Source: Desulfurococcus amylolyticus Z-533
GTDB lineage: Archaea > Thermoproteota > Thermoprotei_A > Sulfolobales > Desulfurococcaceae
Direction: 5' to 3'
Length of the DNA: 32,000 nt
Assembly: GCF_000513855.1 (NCBI RefSeq)
Contig: NZ_KI911318.1
Location: 899,327 to 931,326, forward strand
Under the pieces are notes generated by a model. That model saw nothing but the letters and a program-made list of their open reading frames with translations, was not told the DNA's origin and searched no databases. Position 1 is the first letter of the stretch. Each line of letters begins with the position of its first letter. Below are positions 28,388 to 32,000 of this stretch, one piece after another. The position numbers were made by a program, and so were the translations under genes.

Positions 28388-28588
28388 TTATGTCTTTTTG
28401 GCAATCCAGCCTTCCAGCACCCTCTCAACGAGGCCCTCTTTCCTTAAATCATGGAGCCTAGCCCTCACAGTATTATAGTTCATCCCGGTTAACCTGCTTA
28501 TCTCCTTAGGCATTAACGGCTTATCCTGTTTGCTTAGAAACTCTAATAGCTTCTCCTTAACGGTTTTCTGCTCGCTCAAATCAATCAC
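28388..28588 (-). CDS. Small winged-helix DNA-binding protein, 66 aa
   Basis: KEKLLEFLSKQDKPLMPKEISRLTGMNYNTVRARLHDLRKEGLVERV is a canonical wHTH (MarR/ArsR/TrmB-like). It has a GTG start and lies 77 nt upstream of the HD gene on the same strand. Confidence 0.7.
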   Translation of the reverse strand: MIDLSEQKTVKEKLLEFLSKQDKPLMPKEISRLTGMNYNTVRARLHDLRKEGLVERVLEGWIAKKT

Positions 28589-28613
28589 CCTAGATTAATT
28601 GATCACCATTGAG

Positions 28614-28623
28614 ATATTTAAAG
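28614..28623 (-). promoter_or_regulatory. TATA-like box (ctttaaatat on the minus strand) about 30 nt upstream of the wHTH start
   Basis: The spacing fits an archaeal promoter that yields a leaderless or near-leaderless mRNA for the wHTH-HD cassette. This is a sequence-only call. Confidence 0.35.
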
Positions 28624-28658
28624 ACTTAATTAGCTATAGATCTGACCTCCTTCCCGCC

Positions 28659-29204
28659 CTAAAGAGCGAGGGTTCTCGCAGGGATTTTTGAGGCTACATC
28701 CCCGTTAGGGTTCAACCCCGCGCCTGGTCTTAGGCGCGTTACCCCTACCCCGCTTAACGCGGGGCTCGGGGCTACGGGCTTCTTACTAGATAATATATTG
28801 AATGCTCCAACTAGGTCTGCATTGAATACTTTATCGTGCCTGAAGCACTTGAGCATCTCTCTCCATATCCTGATGATCTATATGCATCTTACATAACGAG
28901 CATGTTGTCGAGGCATATTCTCCACTTATCTCCTCGACTACCGTTTGTCCCTAGAGGGCTGTTCTGTGCTTTTTAGGGTCATTTAGGGTCGCCTCTAGGG
29001 ACATCCGCCTCGCCCACAGGTCACGTGCTATCACCGTGGGTTCATTGGCGGCGGTCGAGCCCAACGGCACGGGGCTCCCATCTAGGTTGAGGCCCGCGGG
29101 GCTTGGAGCACCGCTCCCACCGCCCCGCAGGGCTCTGAGGAGCAAGTTCCACACAGCTACCACGTCTCTGTGCCAGTACTCGCCCCGCCATAAATGGCGA
29201 GGCT
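28659..29204 (-). mobile_element. tnpB: IS200/IS605-family TnpB (OrfB) pseudogene, C-terminal half only
   Basis: Minus-strand reading gives ...VVAVWNLLLRAL...VIARDLWARRMSLEATLNDPKKHRTAL, then TAG (28951-28953), then GQTVVEEISGEYASTTCSLCKMHIDHQDMER. After a frameshift it continues MLKCFRHDKVFNADLVGAFNILSSKK...RLRPGAGLNPNGDVASKIPARTLAL. This covers the Zn-finger (TSxxCSxC ... C) and the RuvC-III NADxNxAxNI motif typical of TnpB. The N-terminal half is absent; the next gene ends at 29232. Confidence 0.65.
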
Positions 29205-29231
29205 TTCAGCTGTAAATAATATCCTGGTTAG

Positions 29232-30218
29232 TTACTCAATATGTGATTCAAGTGATTTAGCCGTATATACACAGCTTTCGCCAGGGCTCCGGGCATGCTT
29301 CTCCTCGGTGGCCACCACTCTTTTACCCAGTAGCCCACCTAGATAGCCCTCTATTATTCCAAGGGTTATCTGCGGCATGGCGGATAAGCTGGCTTCTGAT
29401 AAGGCTGAGCACTCCCAGTTATCTACTACTTCTATAACATAGTTAATGTAGTCCTCAGTGTATGCTCTAACCCTGGATGCAAGCCCCATTGCATTATATA
29501 TGGCCTCAAAGAACCTCAATCCCTGTTTAACGTATTCTTCGAAACCACCTACATCCTCGATCCTCATGTTCCACCGCTTAAACAAGTGTCTACCAATCCC
29601 TTTACCCATATTTCTCAAAGCATTTTGGATATGGCTCTCCAAGCCAGGCGTGGATGATAGATACATGTACATCTCTCGGAAGCCTTCACGAAGTGATCCA
29701 TGAGTAAACACGTGGGCCTTTGCATCTATGAAATACAGCACTATATTCCTGGGGAAGATATAGATGTTAAACGCGGAGAGGTATTCAACCGATGAAATAA
29801 TATCCTTTAAATCTCTCCTTAAAGCCTCAGCAAGCTCCCTGCCACAGGCTTCATCACAATCCTCTACAAGGATAAATAGTCTAGCTTTATCCATGTCACT
29901 AGTGACAATGCCCGGTGTAGTAATATTAGCTATACTATACCCCCTTGAAAGTATTAACTCGCTTATCCTAGCAACAACGCCCTTACCGTTTCTAACCACG
30001 AGGTCAAGCAGCGTGAATGGCTTATCCCTGAGGAGGAACCCGGTTGGAATATAAATATTTCTTAAAGCATCCCCACCTACTTTGTCACCTACTTTAGTAC
30101 CACCGAAAAGCCGGCGTAGAATAATATAACACCCCCGCAATTCATTAACACTGTAATCCACATAATAATAATTAGCACACGGGATTAAAAAAACATCCCC
30201 ATTCCTCCAAAAAGGCAT
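29232..30218 (-). CDS. Uncharacterized protein with an ACT-like central segment and a C-terminal V4R (4-vinyl reductase-type) small-molecule-binding domain
   Basis: 328-aa ORF. LLDLVVRNGKGVVARISELILSRGYSIANI looks ACT-like. The C-terminus VDNWECSALSE...GIIEGYLGGLLGKRVVATEEKHARSPGESCVYT follows the V4R pattern (E-C ... G..G.L.G ... E ... G..C). This assignment comes from pattern memory only. Confidence 0.6.
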   Translation of the reverse strand: MPFWRNGDVFLIPCANYYYVDYSVNELRGCYIILRRLFGGTKVGDKVGGDALRNIYIPTGFLLRDKPFTLLDLVVRNGKGVVARISELILSRGYSIANITTPGIVTSDMDKARLFILVEDCDEACGRELAEALRRDLKDIISSVEYLSAFNIYIFPRNIVLYFIDAKAHVFTHGSLREGFREMYMYLSSTPGLESHIQNALRNMGKGIGRHLFKRWNMRIEDVGGFEEYVKQGLRFFEAIYNAMGLASRVRAYTEDYINYVIEVVDNWECSALSEASLSAMPQITLGIIEGYLGGLLGKRVVATEEKHARSPGESCVYTAKSLESHIE

Positions 30219-30238
30219 CGGAAGCCGTGCCTGCGTTG

Positions 30239-30244
30239 TTTATA
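30239..30244 (-). promoter_or_regulatory. TATAAA box about 23 nt upstream of the ATG of the ACT-V4R gene
   Basis: The plus-strand tttata at 30239-30244 reads tataaa on the coding strand. The spacing is compatible with a leaderless transcript. Confidence 0.3.
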
Positions 30245-30444
30245 GGCACAAGTAGCCCTGATCACCCCTTAGCTCTTCGTCCACAGGGTCTGCTCTAGAC
30301 CAGGAGTAGATCCTCCTCACTAGTCTAAGCATGAGCCTTCTGCTCAGCAAGCTTCTCCGCCGCGATCATCTCTGGATCCCCAGGTATTTATTAATAGGGG
30401 TCTTCACGACTCCGGGATTCCCAGGCTTCTAATGGGATTTTTGT

Positions 30445-31081
30445 CTATGAATAAAGTGCTATGGCTATTGAAGTGGGTTCGACTCCTTCGTTCCTTCCTT
30501 TCTTCGCCACCAGCCCCTTGCTCTTGAGCTTCGTGAGAGTGTTCCTCACGGTTTTCTCTTTGACTCCGAGCTCTCTGGCTAGTTCTACTACTGTGACACC
30601 GGGTTTCTCGAGGACGAGCTTTAATACTCTCTGCTCTAGGTTCGATAGCTTGCCTCGGTTTAATAGGTTCTCGTAAAGGCTGTGATCTATGAGAACTCTC
30701 TCCTCCCTCGCTCTCCGGCTCGTAATATATTTTGAAAGGCCTCCCTGAGACCAGGACTGCGACTTCCAGCATATGGCTGAGTATTCTTAGCCCAGCTCCG
30801 AGGAGAAGTATTAGCTCCCCCTCATGTTTACCCAGCTCTTTCCTCACCTCTGCTATAGACTCGTAGAACCTAGAGCAGTCCACTTCTAAGAGGCCCGGCT
30901 CCGGAAGGTCCTGTCTGCTACACGAGGCCTTCAAGCCGTCGAAAGCCCTTCTAACACCACCTACGAGAGGCTTGCAGGAGACCACAAGGAGCCTGTCCAG
31001 CCTAGAAGCCCTCAACTGTATTAGCGCCCTGATCAAGATATCCTCATGGAAGCCCAGGGGAGACAAGAAGACTCTAGGCAT
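30445..31081 (-). pseudogene. csa3: Csa3-like CRISPR-associated regulator (CARF + wHTH), interrupted by a 1-nt frameshift
   Basis: The N-terminal CARF part is in the track frame: MPRVFLSPLGFHEDILIRAL...LILLLGAGLRILSHMLEVAVLVSGRPFKIYYEPESEGGE. After about 30700 the track ORF turns into low-complexity R/E/S-rich sequence. The +1 frame instead reads RVLIDHSLYENLLNRGKLSNLEQRVLKLVLEKPGVTVVELARELGVKEKTVRNTLTKLKSKGLVAKKGRNEGVEPTSIAIALYS, stopping at 30445-30447, which is a clean wHTH. The junction lies in the purine tract gagggaggagagag (plus-strand about 30697-30716). I take Met at 31081 as the likely start rather than 31111. Confidence 0.8.
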
Positions 31082-31111
31082 AGGCAATAACCTAGAGTAA
31101 AAATATCCCAA

Positions 31112-31397
31112 CCAGGCTTAAAAATCCCAAGCATGCCATGGGAATAAAAGAAAACTGAAGCAGGGAGGCAGGATGATCACAACTGTCAATCAAGCCATCA
31201 CAGAATTCAAGAACTAGAACAACATAAAACAACCCAGCAGACACAATCCCAGGATTCAAAGGGAATTCACCGAGCCAATACACGAGGCACGATCACTGAT
31301 CAACCCAACATGACAACCATAAATCAACATCAACACAAAACATTTAAAACCCAAGACACCAAAAGAATAAACATGAATACATCAAAGATCAAAAATA
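31112..31397 (+). promoter_or_regulatory. CRISPR leader, shared divergent region with csa3
   Basis: Non-coding A+C-rich stretch directly upstream of repeat 1. The repeats end in ATTGAAAG on the plus strand (the 8-nt crRNA 5' handle), which implies plus-strand transcription out of this region. Confidence 0.7.
31343..31349 (+). promoter_or_regulatory. Candidate leader TATA box (tttaaaa) about 50 nt upstream of the first repeat
   Basis: This is the only strong TATA-like element in the repeat-proximal leader. No experimental support. Confidence 0.3.
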
Positions 31398-32000
31398 GAA
31401 TACAATAGAAAGAATTGAAAGCACGTCGTAGGCGTTCACGACTACCGTTACGGATCCGGACGAGGCGAGAATACAATAGAAAGAATTGAAAGTACGCATT
31501 CATCGAGTTGAGTTTCAAGGATTTCATCTGGGATAAGAATACAATAGAAAGAATTGAAAGAAGGCCGACAAGGAGGAGGGCGTCGTCGTTTACCCACACG
31601 TACGAATACAATAGGAAGAATTGAAAGCATTCCAGCATCCTGTCCACTCTACCTACAAAGGTGAATACAATAGAAAGAATTGAAAGTCGGGTCTCCGCGA
31701 GCTCCACGAGACGGCAGGTCGATCTTGCTGAGAATACAATAGGAAGAATTGAAAGTATTGTAGAATCTCAAGAGATCTCTACGCTCCTTGAAGAACTCTA
31801 GAATACAATAGGAAGAATTGAAAGTACTGGCCCGTGTCAACGGTGAGTCTCACGTAGTCGCCAGCGTTGAATACAATAGAAAGAATTGAAAGCTTACTGA
31901 GCCAACACTAACACTACCAATGTAGACACTACCATAGAATACAATAGAAAGAATTGAAAGCCTCAGTATAGCCAAGCTGGGCTAGCTTTTCCTTAAACGT
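31398..32000 (+). CRISPR. CRISPR array of 24-nt repeats GAATACAATAG(A/G)AAGAATTGAAAG, at least 9 repeats, continuing past the window end
   Basis: Repeats lie at 31398-31421, 31469-31492, 31537-31560, 31604-31627, 31663-31686, 31732-31755, 31801-31824, 31869-31892 and 31937-31960. Spacers are 47, 44, 43, 35, 45, 45, 44 and 44 nt, followed by a partial spacer of 40 nt. All spacers are unique. Repeats 4, 6 and 7 carry G at repeat position 12. The unstructured repeat with an ATTGAAAG end is typical of crenarchaeal type I-A / type III associated arrays. Confidence 0.97.

Noticed and set aside
28951-29163. The 70-aa ORF as an independent gene.
   Set aside because: It reads in-frame into the TnpB Zn-finger segment across a single TAG, so it is part of the pseudogene.
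28940-29204. A GC-rich block of about 260 nt that I first considered as a structural RNA (SRP RNA or a minimal type-T RNase P RNA).
   Set aside because: I could not find the conserved SRP helix-8 motif or the RNase P CR-I/CR-V motifs. The minus-strand translation instead continues the TnpB relic through its RuvC-II-like and YKA-like segments into the Zn-finger. A covariance-model scan would settle it.
30461-30676. The plus-strand 71-aa ORF opposite the 3' half of csa3.
   Set aside because: It is antisense to the clearly recognisable wHTH reading frame of csa3 and its translation is low-complexity.
31375-31397. A possible degenerate repeat, gaatacatcaaagatcaaaaata, abutting repeat 1.
   Set aside because: Only the first 7 nt match convincingly, about 13 of 23 positions overall. 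It would have no spacer separating it from repeat 1. I treat it as part of the leader.
31092-31840. Minus-strand ORFs 31092-31283, 31330-31707, 31448-31630 and 31649-31840.
   Set aside because: They run through the CRISPR leader and repeat-spacer units. The recurring peptide FNSFYCIL is simply the repeat translated. They are not genes.

Overview
The window looks like an archaeal chromosome segment. I infer a crenarchaeal, Thermoproteales-like origin from gene content, TATA boxes about 25-30 nt upstream of start codons, and a 24-nt CRISPR repeat ending in ATTGAAAG; no database search was possible. From 1 to about 23.6 kb the genes are densely packed, intact and housekeeping. They include a molybdopterin dehydrogenase (medium and large subunits), pyrC-pyrB, a Tfx-like regulator, TrpB2, an APC permease, a DUF357-RibL-like FAD synthase, an Fe-S flavoprotein, a NUDIX hydrolase, a three-gene ECF transporter, a DUF1998 helicase, TldD/PmbA, and a nadM / Cys-cluster protein / birA operon. 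One large orphan in this part (9564-11234) has a clear C-terminal PIN nuclease signature and an N-terminus I read as CARF-like. From about 23.7 to 32 kb the character changes to a decaying accessory region. It holds a DASS/SLC13 transporter broken by one in-frame TGA and two homopolymer frameshifts. It also holds two same-orientation C-terminal relics of IS200/IS605 TnpB that bracket a tight five-gene minus-strand cassette: a small wHTH, a SAMHD1-like HD phosphohydrolase and three orphan small proteins. Beyond that lie an ACT+V4R protein, a frameshifted csa3 (CARF-wHTH) gene, an A+C-rich leader, and a CRISPR array of at least 9 repeats running off the window, with two repeat variants interleaved. 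No cas effector or adaptation genes are visible here. The best candidates for something undescribed are the HD cassette and the CARF-like/PIN protein; both are hypotheses that need profile or structure searches.
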